From contig OZ245777.1 of NCBI GenBank assembly GCA_965227775.1, positions 704,001 to 768,000 on the forward strand: DNA of 64,000 nucleotides, written 5' to 3'. The translations under genes and the position numbers were made by a program. The notes beneath the pieces are model-generated. The model did no database searches, had not been told where the DNA came from, and saw only the letters and a list, made by a program, of their open reading frames with translations. The DNA comes from Phycisphaerales bacterium. Lineage in GTDB: Bacteria > Planctomycetota > Phycisphaerae > Phycisphaerales > UBA1924. Positions 51,348 through 60,915 of this stretch are shown piece by piece (position 1 is the first letter of the stretch; each line of letters starts with the position of its first letter).

Positions 51348-51710
51348 TTACCAGCCGCCGCGGCCGCCGCCGCCACCACCGCCCCGGCGATCACCACCGC
51401 CCCCACCACCGCCTCCGCCGTAGCCGCGACCACCGCGGCCTCCGCCGAAGCCGCCGCCACCGCCGGCGTTGGCCCGCGGGCGGGCCTCGTTCACCGTGAG
51501 GGGCCGGCCGTCCATGGGCGTGCCGTGCAGGTTCTCGATGGCCTTGTGGCCGTCCTCATCGTTCATCTCGACGAAACCGAAACCACGGCTGCGGCCGGTT
51601 TCGCGATCCATGACCACACTGGCCGACTGGATCTCTCCGAATGGGGCAAATGTCTCGGCGAGCTCGTTGTCGCCCGTGCTGTACGGCAGGTTGCCGACGT
51701 AAATCCGCAT
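51348..51710 (-). CDS. RRM RNA-binding protein with Gly-rich (RGG) tail
   Basis: RNP2 IYVGNL, RNP1 RGFGFVEM, LTVNEARPR, poly-Gly/RGG C-terminus. Confidence 0.95.
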   Translation of the reverse strand: MRIYVGNLPYSTGDNELAETFAPFGEIQSASVVMDRETGRSRGFGFVEMNDEDGHKAIENLHGTPMDGRPLTVNEARPRANAGGGGGFGGGRGGRGYGGGGGGGGGDRRGGGGGGGRGGW

Positions 51711-51828
51711 GACTGTGCGATCCTTCTGCAATCGTGCCCGGGAACGGTTCACTGGCTTGCTTCCAGGCGTGCCCGCCCCGGGCCCGAACAACGCCTGCCG
51801 ATGCGGGCTATCCCGCACTCAGGTGGAG

Positions 51829-51837
51829 ATTGTACCA
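51829..51837 (-). promoter_or_regulatory. Extended -10 promoter (TGgTACAAT) for the RRM gene
   Basis: The minus strand reads TTTTGGTACAAT about 120 nt upstream of ATG 51710. Confidence 0.5.
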
Positions 51838-51975
51838 AAAGTCGAAGGCCGAATCGAGCCTATTTTCGGTCCTTGGCGTTCCAATCTTGCCGGTCGCAGG
51901 GCAGACGGGGCCCTGAGCCGAGCCGCCGCGTCGTGTTGACGCCACCCGCGATGGTCGATATCCTTGAGGCCGCTT

Positions 51976-52047
51976 GCGGGTGTAGCTCAGCGGTAGAGCG
52001 TCACGTTGCCAACGTGAATGTCGACGGTTCGAATCCGTTCACCCGCT
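51976..52047 (+). tRNA. tRNA-Gly (anticodon GCC)
   Basis: Acceptor GCGGGTG/CACCCGC, anticodon arm TCACG-TTGCCAA-CGTGA, T-loop GGTTCGAATCC. CCA not encoded. TTGACG-N17-TATTCC lies upstream. Confidence 0.97.
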
Positions 52048-52066
52048 TTCGACTCTGACCAAGATG

Positions 52067-52099
52067 AAACGCCGTTCCCCAGATGGGAGCGGCGTTTTT
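52067..52099. terminator. Probably bidirectional intrinsic terminator
   Basis: AAACGCCGTTCCC-cagat-GGGAGCGGCGTTT followed by further Ts. Confidence 0.75.
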
Positions 52100-52129
52100 C
52101 GTTGGAAGCGACGAGCTGGTCGAGATCGA

Positions 52130-53878
52130 TCAGGGGCAGCCGGCGTCGAACTCGGTCTGGTAGATCAGGAAGTCGAAGATGGTCAGCTCGCCATCGCCGT
52201 CGAAGTCGGCCTGGAGGTCGCCCAGGCCGAAGAGCCCGCTGAAGGCCAGATAGTCGAACAAGGTGAGGGCGCCGTCGCCGTCGAGATCGACCCGGCAGTC
52301 GTCGCAATCGGGTGCCACCGGATCGAACGAGACGATGCCCAGCCCCGGCGCGTCGCGGCCGTCGTAGATGCGGCTACCGATGGCCACCGGAACGCTGGTG
52401 CCCCAGCAGACTCCCGTGGCGTCGATGTCGGCCGGGCTCGCGTGGTAGATGTCGTCGCCGAGCTGGGCGGTGTTGTTGGTGAAGGTGTTGATCAGGCCCT
52501 CGCGCTCCGAGAAGCTAAACGCAGAGACGTCGTCGTCGATGTTGGTGGTGTAGATAGCTCCACCGAGCCGGGCGATGTTTCCCTCGAAGACGTTGCCGGC
52601 GAAGACAACCGAGTCGTGCTGGTCCGAGTCGATGAAGCCCACGGCGCCACCTGCACCGGCGGTGACGTTGTTCGTGAATCGATTACTCCTGAACGTGATG
52701 TCGCTCTCTCCGCGGAAGAAACGCACGGCCCCGCCGTCGGTCGTAGAAGAGTTGCCCTCGAAATCGCAATCTTCGACATTGACAACTCCGAACGACAGTG
52801 TCATTGCGCCACCACGGCCCGCACGGTTGTCAACGAACTCGCACCGACGCATCGTGAGCGTCCTGTCGTCAAATCCGAGGTAACCACCGGCCGATCGTTC
52901 GGCCGTGTTCTGGGTAAAGACGCAGTCCTCGATCGTCAGATCGCCATTAAAGTCCATGCCTCCGCCGCTCCGCCCTGCGCGGTTTCCAAAGAACTGGCAA
53001 TTCGAGATGGTCGCCTGATCGACAACTAGCCCCCACACCCCGCCACCGTTGAGATCGGCTACATTCGAGTTGAAGATGCAGTCGATGACGTCGACATGGG
53101 TGCCAGTAAAGTACAATCCGCCACCGTTAGCAAATGGTCCGCCCTCAATGCCATTGCGTACGAACGTGCAGCGCTCGAATCGGTCACGAGGAAAGTCCGG
53201 AGGTCTTCGGATGAGGGTCTGGATCACAGCGCCCTGTCCGTTCTCCTCGAAATGGCAGTCCTCGAGCACATGCCCGCCGCCGCCAGCGACAAACAACCCA
53301 AAGCCCGCCGATCCGCTTACCTCTACATCTCGCATGCGAAGCCGCTTCATCGTCGGCCGCAACTCAGCGAAGATTCCTGCCCCGGCTGGGTCCTGCGGCC
53401 CGGCCACGAGAGCCAACTCGACGTACGCCGTTGACCCAACCATGGAGATTGGTGCTTCGGCCTGCCGGACAATGACACCCCTGAGGATCGACCCGCCTTG
53501 GAATTCGCCGCTCGAGTCATAGCGAGCATCGACGGCGTTACCTCGGAACGCGATGCCGCCCCACGGCTCGTCATCCTCCCGGGCCGAGAACCGGGCCTTG
53601 AGCGGCTCGGTTCCAAGCACCTGCAGCGTCCCTTCATCGCCGTCCGTTTCACCGCCCACGATCAACCGCGTACCCGCCAAGCCCTCGACCCGCACACCAC
53701 CCTCGATCGTCAGCGTCGCCCCTCCCCCCACTTCGACGTCGCCCGTCAGCACGTAGGGGTTGCCGCTGATCCGCCAGACCGTGTCGGCCTCGATACGACC
53801 CTCCACGAACGTCTGGGCGTGTGAGGCGACGGCGAGCATCGGCCACGCGATGAGCGCGAAGAGAGCCTTGAAACGCAT
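52130..53878 (-). CDS. Secreted right-handed beta-helix (Pmp-like GGA/FxxN repeats) protein with C-terminal GC-type dockerin-like domain
   Basis: Signal MRFKALFALIAWPMLAVASHA. Repeats CxFxxNxAxxxGGA/GGG. C-terminus CRVDLDGDG...ADFDGDGELTIFDFLIYQTEFDAGCP. Confidence 0.85.
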   Translation of the reverse strand: MRFKALFALIAWPMLAVASHAQTFVEGRIEADTVWRISGNPYVLTGDVEVGGGATLTIEGGVRVEGLAGTRLIVGGETDGDEGTLQVLGTEPLKARFSAREDDEPWGGIAFRGNAVDARYDSSGEFQGGSILRGVIVRQAEAPISMVGSTAYVELALVAGPQDPAGAGIFAELRPTMKRLRMRDVEVSGSAGFGLFVAGGGGHVLEDCHFEENGQGAVIQTLIRRPPDFPRDRFERCTFVRNGIEGGPFANGGGLYFTGTHVDVIDCIFNSNVADLNGGGVWGLVVDQATISNCQFFGNRAGRSGGGMDFNGDLTIEDCVFTQNTAERSAGGYLGFDDRTLTMRRCEFVDNRAGRGGAMTLSFGVVNVEDCDFEGNSSTTDGGAVRFFRGESDITFRSNRFTNNVTAGAGGAVGFIDSDQHDSVVFAGNVFEGNIARLGGAIYTTNIDDDVSAFSFSEREGLINTFTNNTAQLGDDIYHASPADIDATGVCWGTSVPVAIGSRIYDGRDAPGLGIVSFDPVAPDCDDCRVDLDGDGALTLFDYLAFSGLFGLGDLQADFDGDGELTIFDFLIYQTEFDAGCP

Positions 53879-53926
53879 GCGGACCTCCTTGGATGTTCGG
53901 TCGTTGCCGGGATGGATGGCCGGTCC

Positions 53927-53955
53927 AGACTAACCGAATTGGCACGATCATGCAA
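53927..53955 (-). promoter_or_regulatory. Putative sigma-70 promoter (TTGCAT-N17-TAGTCT)
   Basis: Motif and spacing read on the minus strand upstream of ATG 53878. Confidence 0.55.
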
Positions 53956-53977
53956 GAGCGTTGCGCCCAAGCGCACG

Positions 53978-54003
53978 AAAGAGCCCGGGGGCTACCCGGG
54001 CTC
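53978..54003 (-). terminator. Intrinsic terminator of the 54029..55318 gene
   Basis: GAGCCCGGG ... CCCGGGCTC stem followed by TTT on the minus strand. Confidence 0.65.
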
Positions 54004-54028
54004 GAGGAGTCAAATTGGCGCGCGTCGA

Positions 54029-55318
54029 TCAGGCGCAGCCGGCGTCAAACTCGTTCGAGAAGGCCAGGAAGTCGAACAGCGTCAACTCGCCATCGCCATC
54101 GAAGTCGGCGGCCAGGTCGCCCGCGTCGAACAGGTTGGAGAACGCCAGGAAGTCGAACAGGGTCAGATCGCCGTCGCCGTCGATGTCTGGGCGGCAGGGC
54201 GTCGAGCCATCGACGTCGACGAAATACAGCGCGAGCTCTCCATCAAAGTCCTTGTCTCGGATGAAATAGATGCGGCTGCTGTCGGCCGACCAGCGGATGT
54301 CGCCGTAGCCACCAGTGACGTCGGCGAACACGGGCAGATCGGGTGTCAGGTTGCGCAGGCCGGTGCCGTCGATGTTGACCACGTAGAGCGCGTCGACCGT
54401 GTCGACGTCGATGTCGCCGCTGAAGGCGACCATGGTGCCGTCGGGCGAGACGGCGAGCCCGTCGATGTCCTGGAATTCACCTGCGAGCGGCACGATGACC
54501 TCGACCTCGACGTCGCCCGGAGTCGTGGGGATCTTGATGAGGGTCTCGGGGTCGTCAAAATCGAAGTGAGCCGTGCAGACGAAGTACGCGTCGTCGGGCG
54601 TCAGCTCGCCGTCGACGATCTGGAAGAAGTCGGGAACGTTCGTCGGATTGACGATCTGCGGGTCGAAGCTGGAGCCATCGGTGGGCAGCACGCCGAGCAC
54701 CTTGGGCTGCGGGCCGCCGGGGTCCTGGCTGCCGTAGATGACCGTGCTGCCGTCGCTGGTCACGTCCCACTGGAACTGGTCGATGTCAACGTCGAGCGGG
54801 GTGATGCCGAAGATGTCGAAGCTGCCGTCGGTCAGGGCGTTGAAGACGCCGTCGCTGCTCTCGTCATTGAGATAGATTAGCTCGGTGCCGCCGTTGATGA
54901 GCACGCCGTCGCCGGCGATGCCGGTACCGTTGGTGATCTGGAGCTGATCGCCGCCATCGATCGGCAGGCGGAACCATTCGTTGTTGGGGTTGCCGAGTGT
55001 CTGATCGCCCTTGAAGTACACGAAGTCGGCACCGACGATGGGCGCCTCGTCGACATCGTTGTGCAGCGTCGGATCGTTCCAGATCTCGGCCGTGCCACCA
55101 CCGATCGGCACACGATACAGGTGGTCGCCGCTGACGCCATCGTCGACCGAGCCGACGAAGAAGATGAATTCACCGTCGAGCGACAGCGTGAACGCGTCGA
55201 CATCACCCGTGGTCACAGCCGGCGTGATGGGCACCTCGGTGCCCTCCTGCGCGAGGGTGGCGGCGGTGGCCGAGAGTGCGAGGCCGGCGACGAGCGCGAT
55301 GCTGCGATTGCGTGGCAT
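54029..55318 (-). CDS. Secreted acidic beta-propeller (TolB-like) protein with C-terminal GC-type dockerin-like domain
   Basis: Signal peptide. Blades LSLDGEFIFF, VTSDGSTVIY, VSPDGTMVAF, WSADSSRIYF. C-terminus CRPDIDGDG...FSNEFDAGCA. Confidence 0.85.
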   Translation of the reverse strand: MPRNRSIALVAGLALSATAATLAQEGTEVPITPAVTTGDVDAFTLSLDGEFIFFVGSVDDGVSGDHLYRVPIGGGTAEIWNDPTLHNDVDEAPIVGADFVYFKGDQTLGNPNNEWFRLPIDGGDQLQITNGTGIAGDGVLINGGTELIYLNDESSDGVFNALTDGSFDIFGITPLDVDIDQFQWDVTSDGSTVIYGSQDPGGPQPKVLGVLPTDGSSFDPQIVNPTNVPDFFQIVDGELTPDDAYFVCTAHFDFDDPETLIKIPTTPGDVEVEVIVPLAGEFQDIDGLAVSPDGTMVAFSGDIDVDTVDALYVVNIDGTGLRNLTPDLPVFADVTGGYGDIRWSADSSRIYFIRDKDFDGELALYFVDVDGSTPCRPDIDGDGDLTLFDFLAFSNLFDAGDLAADFDGDGELTLFDFLAFSNEFDAGCA

Positions 55319-55549
55319 TGAAATCTCTCCGTTCTCAGTTCGAGTGCCTTGGGGGTGTTAGAAAAATGCTGATAGAACGTAGAAACCACACCGAATCGCT
55401 GCGTCAAAGCGCAGACAAGTGCGCGTCAAGACAGCATGAAGAGTGCGCGAACACCGATAAACGCGAGCGACGCTGGATGGTGAGACAGGAAAGATGCGCA
55501 GCTTGCTTGAACTTGCATCTGACACGCCTGTTTGCACGAGGTCACATTC

Positions 55550-56416
<867 letters not shown>

Positions 56417-56442
56417 GCATCACTCTCAAGCAACAAGCAAGC

Positions 56443-56475
56443 AAAAAGAACCGGCCTCCTGAGAGGCCGGTTCTT
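56443..56475. terminator. Bidirectional intrinsic terminator
   Basis: AAGAACCGGCCTC-ctga-GAGGCCGGTTCTT flanked by an A-run on the left. Confidence 0.8.
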
Positions 56476-56509
56476 GTGTAATGGTCAGACTTGTCGCTTG
56501 AGCAAACGC

Positions 56510-57169
56510 TCAGGAAGCGCGACGACGACGCACGGCAACGAGGCCGAGACCCGCCATGGCGAGAGCGGCGCTGCCAGGGAGGGGGATCACGGTGAACAGG
56601 AAGTCACGCGTGCCATTGCCCTTGAGCCAGCCGCGACCAGCCCAGCCGGTGCTGCCTGGCAAGCGATGCCCATCGTCAAGGAACAGGAACATGGCAGCTC
56701 CGCCCTTGAGTTCGAGATCAAAATCGGTCGGGCCCGTCAGGCCGTAGTCACCGAGGGCGCTGAGCGTGCCAGAATTGTCGGCGCCGCTCACGGACGTCCA
56801 GCCATCTCCAGCATCAACCACCGTCATGGTGAAGTCGAGTGCGTACAGCCCTGCGCCGAATGTGTACGTGGAGCCGGGTGCCTCGCCACCGTAAACCTGA
56901 CCCGAGATCGAAATCGTCAACACGCCACTATCTTCGATGACCTTGAGGACCACGTTTGCCCCATTCTCTTGGAACGAGAACGTGGTCGTGCCACCGGCTC
57001 CGCCCGAATCAGCAAACTGGTTGTCGAGTCGAAGGCCATAGCCCGGAGGGTTCTTTTGGCCGTTCGGATGATCGCCAAGTCTTGCTTCAAACAAGGTCAC
57101 CGGGTCCGCCAGCGCGGTCGTGGCCAAGGCTGCCCCGGCCACAACACCGAGAATCACTGCTTTGCTCAT
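56510..57169 (-). CDS. Secreted protein with PEP-CTERM-like sorting signal (IPLP variant)
   Basis: Signal MSKAVILGVVAGAALATTALA. C-terminus VIPLPGSAALAMAGLGLVAVRRRRAS. Confidence 0.85.
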   Translation of the reverse strand: MSKAVILGVVAGAALATTALADPVTLFEARLGDHPNGQKNPPGYGLRLDNQFADSGGAGGTTTFSFQENGANVVLKVIEDSGVLTISISGQVYGGEAPGSTYTFGAGLYALDFTMTVVDAGDGWTSVSGADNSGTLSALGDYGLTGPTDFDLELKGGAAMFLFLDDGHRLPGSTGWAGRGWLKGNGTRDFLFTVIPLPGSAALAMAGLGLVAVRRRRAS

Positions 57170-57270
57170 TTCAAATCCCTCTCAATTCTCAACGACGCGG
57201 GCTTTCCCTCAGGCCACGACGCCCCTCCGACACGACCGCCCCATGGAAGCCGCGATAGCACAGGATACCC

Positions 57271-57293
57271 CGGATACACATATGATGTATCCG
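57271..57293. promoter_or_regulatory. Palindromic operator-like site CGGATACA-N7-TGTATCCG
   Basis: Perfect 8-bp inverted repeat in the AT-richer divergent promoter region. Confidence 0.5.
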
Positions 57294-57509
57294 TATGAAC
57301 AGGCATTGAACGCAAAATGATCCGGTTTTTGCGCCCTGTGAACAGACGGCGACACCCCGGATCTCCAGAAACCCCCGGCTTGACACATTCTCGGGAGTTC
57401 AGCGGTGCCCGGGTCAGTGGCGCACTTGCGGTTTGAGAGGCGGTGACCCCGGACAACCGCCGGGATGCCCGCCTGGCGCGCCATCAATGCTGTGCTGGTA
57501 CCATCGCCC

Positions 57510-58544
57510 GTGGCCGATCCATCAATAGCCCCCGCTGCCGAGCCGCCGACCCCGATGCCGCATACGCCGCGGTCCGAGCGGGTTGATCCGACGCTCTATC
57601 TCCACCCCGCCACCCTGGCCCGCCTTGGCAGCCTCGAGCTGAGGGCCAAGATGATCGTCGAGGGCGTCATGAGCGGCGCCCACCGCAGCCCCTACCAGGG
57701 CCAATCCGTCGAGTTCGCCCAGCACCGCCAGTACGTCGCCGGCGACGACCTTCGACACCTCGATTGGAAGGTCTACGGCCGAAGCGACAAGCTCTACCTC
57801 AAGCAGTACCAGCAGGAAACAAACCTCGACCTCGTCGTGCTCGTCGATGCCTCGGGCTCCATGGCCTACGGCAGCCGCACGTTCTCAGACGCGGCGGCCA
57901 CTGGTGATGCAACGGGCCCCAGCGGCCAGAGCAACTGGCGGAAAATCGACCACGCCACCGCGCTCGCCGCGGCGCTCAGCTATGTCACGCTCCGGCAGGG
58001 CGATCGCGTTGGCCTGTACACCTTCGCGGACGGCATCTTGGGTGGCGTTGAACGTTCCAGCAGCCAAGGCAGCTGGCGCCGCATCGTTGCGGCCCTCGCG
58101 CAGGCGCCGGTCGATGGCGAAGCCGAGTTTGCGCGCGTGTTCGATCAGGTGTTGGGCAAGCTGACCAACAAGTGCTTGCTGGTCGTGCTCAGCGACTTCT
58201 TCACCGACCCGAGCCTGCTCGAGGCAGCGTGGGCGCGTGCGAAGTACCGCGGCCACGACGCGATCGCCTTTCAAGTGCTCGACCAGAGCGAGACCGACTT
58301 CGCGTTCAAGGACCCTGCGCCGTTTGAGGGATTGGAGGGCGAAGGCAAGCTGCGCATCGACCCGCGCGCCTTGCGCCCTGCGTACCTCGAAGCGTTCGCC
58401 GAACACACTCAAGCGGTCGAGCGCGGCATCCGGCGTGTTGGCTTTGACTTCCATCGCCTGAGCACGCACGACTGGCTCGGTCCGCCGCTAGCCGCATACG
58501 CCGCCCGTCGCGAGAGCCTGCTGAAGCGGAGCAAGATGGGGTGA
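57510..58544 (+). CDS. DUF58-family protein (vWA-like, MoxR-associated)
   Basis: GAHRSPYQGQSVEFAQHRQYVAGDDLRHLDWKVYGR, LVDASGSMAY, LSDF. The start may be GTG 57510 or ATG 57555. Confidence 0.92.
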   Translation: MADPSIAPAAEPPTPMPHTPRSERVDPTLYLHPATLARLGSLELRAKMIVEGVMSGAHRSPYQGQSVEFAQHRQYVAGDDLRHLDWKVYGRSDKLYLKQYQQETNLDLVVLVDASGSMAYGSRTFSDAAATGDATGPSGQSNWRKIDHATALAAALSYVTLRQGDRVGLYTFADGILGGVERSSSQGSWRRIVAALAQAPVDGEAEFARVFDQVLGKLTNKCLLVVLSDFFTDPSLLEAAWARAKYRGHDAIAFQVLDQSETDFAFKDPAPFEGLEGEGKLRIDPRALRPAYLEAFAEHTQAVERGIRRVGFDFHRLSTHDWLGPPLAAYAARRESLLKRSKMG

Positions 58545-58551
58545 GCGTCGC

Positions 58552-60915
58552 ATGAGCTTCCTCAACCCGCTCATTCTGTCGGCTGGGCTCGCCGCGATCG
58601 CGATCCCCATCGCGATCCACCTGCTGATGCGCAGGCGACGCCAGCCCACGCCCTGGGCCGCCATGCGCTTCCTGATGGAAGCCATCCGCAAGCGTCGCCG
58701 GCGCCTGCAGCTCGAGCGACTGCTGCTGCTAGCAGTGCGCTGCCTGCTCGTCGCCGCCATCGCGCTCGCGCTGGGACGCCCGACGATCCGAGGGTTGGCC
58801 GGCGATTCTCCGTTCGGCTCGGCCTCGGTCACGCTTGCGATTGTGATCGACGACTCGATCGCTTCGGGCGCGCCTGATGGCGGGAGCGTCGTGGCGCTCG
58901 ATCGACATCGAGCGATGGCCGTCGAGCTGCTCGAGAGCCTCCGCCCCGAGCGCGGCGATCGCGCGATGCTCATCCCCGCGTCTGGACCGCTCGCAGGCCC
59001 GACCGATGCGCCAGCGCTCGCAAGCTTGGAGCCGACGAGCGACCTCGGCGCGCTCAGCCAGTTCCTCGAAGAGCTCACGCCCACCGATGCCGCTGCGGAT
59101 CTCACCGGAGCGCTCGCGCTGGTCGGTGAGCAGCTCGCCGCTGCCCAGCAGGATCAGGCGTCTGGTCGATGGGTCGTCGCCGTGCTCGCCGACGGGGTCT
59201 CGGGCGTGTACACCGATGCCGCGAGCGTACTGGCAACCGACGCGAGCGACGCGCGCGGCCCGGACGTAGCCGTGCTGGCCAGCAGCCCCGGACTCGCATC
59301 GATCGGGCCCGCCAGCGACTCGGGAATCGCCGCGCTCACACCCGTGCGCCCGGTGCTCGTGGTCGGACAGGGCGAGGCAGTCGCCGTCGGCGCACCTGCA
59401 CGCGTCACCGTCGGCCGCTCTGGAGAAGGGCTCGACGCCGAAGCAACGGTGCCGGTTCGATTGCGGTTCGTCGACGACGGCGGCCCTGGGCCGTGGAGCG
59501 CCGCAACGGCGCGCCTGCGCCCGGGCGAGCGCACGGCGTCGGTCGTGCTCGATGCCCAGGTCGTCGGCAGGCCCCGCGGGCTCGCGTGGCTCGAGGCGCG
59601 GGTTGGTAGCGACGACGGCGACCTTGGTGTTCCGGGCAACGACGTGGCCGTCGCCAGCATCTTGCTGCGTCGCCAACTGACTGTCGCAATCATCGACACG
59701 CCGGCAGCTCCAGGCGCGACCACCCGTGCACTCGACCCAGAAGACCCCGCCGCGTGGCTGCGCGCCGCTCTCGCACCCGATGCGCTTGGGGAAGACGACC
59801 CGCTCGCCGACATCGCCGCGACGACGCTCGACCCTTCGGTGGTCGACACGCCCCGCCTGGCACGCGCCGATGCGGCGTTCGTGCTCTCGCCGGCCGATGT
59901 TCGCGCGAGCGGGTGGCGGGCGCTGGCTGAGTTCGCGCGAGCCGGTGGATTGGTTGCCGTGTTTCCCGATCCCGCCAGTTCGCTCGCGCCGTGGGGTGAT
60001 GCGTTCAACCGCGCCTTTGAGCTGCCGTGGAGCATCGGGCCCGAGGCGATCACCCACGAGCAGCCGCTCGCGATGGCGCAAGCCGCCGGCGATGATCCAC
60101 TCGGACTGCTTCGACTGATCGAGGGCGAGCTCGAGTCGCTCTTGCGACCGGTCACCGTCACTCGGCACATGCCGCTGGCGATTGAACCCGGCGGCATCGG
60201 CGAACGACTGCTGACGATGAACGACGGCACGCCCGCCGCGCTGGTCGCCCGGCCCGGCGGAAGCGGAAGCGATGGGCTCGTGATCGTGTTCGCCGTTCCG
60301 ATGGCGGCAAGCTGGACCGACCTGCCCGCGCGACCCGTCATGGTGCCGCTCGCACAAGAGCTTGCGCGCGCGGGCGTGGGCCTGGCGGTGGGCTCGCGGC
60401 CCTCGACCGCGGGCGCGCGCCCGAACGCGCCCGCGTTGGCAGCGCAGCTGCGCCCTGGCTGGTCGCTCGCGGCGGGCGGATCGATCTCGCCGGCAACCGT
60501 TGACGACGAGGGCCGCGCCGCTCGTCCGCTCCGGCGGGCCGGTCCGTGGCTTGCGCTCGATGGTGCCGGCCGACCCATTGGTGTGGTTGCCGTCGCGCCC
60601 GATCACCGCGGCACGGCGCGAGAGCGCGTTGAGCGCACCCGCGTACGCGAGATCATTGCCGGCGGGCTGGGCGTTGATCTCTCGAGCGATACGTCGCTCA
60701 CGTGGCTCGATCGGCCGGGCGGGGCGAGCGAGGACGCCGTCGCACCCTCCGATGCGATGGCGCGCACGGAGCCGAGCCTCGCACTCGGCGCAATCTTGCT
60801 CGGCGCCGCGCTGCTGCTGGCAGCGATCGAGGCCGTCCTGGCCCGCCTGTTCAGCCATGCCCAGGTGACCGGCGCATCGGGCGTCGCAACGACCAGAACA
60901 CGGGAGGCTGCATAG
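58552..60915 (+). CDS. BatA-domain / vWA membrane protein
   Basis: MSFLNP...AIPIAIHLLMRRR...WAAMRFL...LLLLAVRCL...ALGRP. Degenerate MIDAS DDSIAS. C-terminal TM. Confidence 0.85.
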   Translation: MSFLNPLILSAGLAAIAIPIAIHLLMRRRRQPTPWAAMRFLMEAIRKRRRRLQLERLLLLAVRCLLVAAIALALGRPTIRGLAGDSPFGSASVTLAIVIDDSIASGAPDGGSVVALDRHRAMAVELLESLRPERGDRAMLIPASGPLAGPTDAPALASLEPTSDLGALSQFLEELTPTDAAADLTGALALVGEQLAAAQQDQASGRWVVAVLADGVSGVYTDAASVLATDASDARGPDVAVLASSPGLASIGPASDSGIAALTPVRPVLVVGQGEAVAVGAPARVTVGRSGEGLDAEATVPVRLRFVDDGGPGPWSAATARLRPGERTASVVLDAQVVGRPRGLAWLEARVGSDDGDLGVPGNDVAVASILLRRQLTVAIIDTPAAPGATTRALDPEDPAAWLRAALAPDALGEDDPLADIAATTLDPSVVDTPRLARADAAFVLSPADVRASGWRALAEFARAGGLVAVFPDPASSLAPWGDAFNRAFELPWSIGPEAITHEQPLAMAQAAGDDPLGLLRLIEGELESLLRPVTVTRHMPLAIEPGGIGERLLTMNDGTPAALVARPGGSGSDGLVIVFAVPMAASWTDLPARPVMVPLAQELARAGVGLAVGSRPSTAGARPNAPALAAQLRPGWSLAAGGSISPATVDDEGRAARPLRRAGPWLALDGAGRPIGVVAVAPDHRGTARERVERTRVREIIAGGLGVDLSSDTSLTWLDRPGGASEDAVAPSDAMARTEPSLALGAILLGAALLLAAIEAVLARLFSHAQVTGASGVATTRTREAA

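Noticed and set aside
51348..51470. GGC/GCC-rich tract as a microsatellite
   Set aside because: It encodes the Gly-rich tail of the RRM protein.
40042..52047. Genomic island bounded by tRNA-Pro and tRNA-Gly
   Set aside because: No duplicated tRNA 3' end or integrase was found, and the segment holds ordinary genes such as hldE.
53939..53955. Sigma-54 promoter TGGCACG...TGCA on the plus strand
   Set aside because: GG-to-GC spacing is 9 nt rather than 10 and no plus-strand gene follows. The opposite strand gives a clean sigma-70 promoter.
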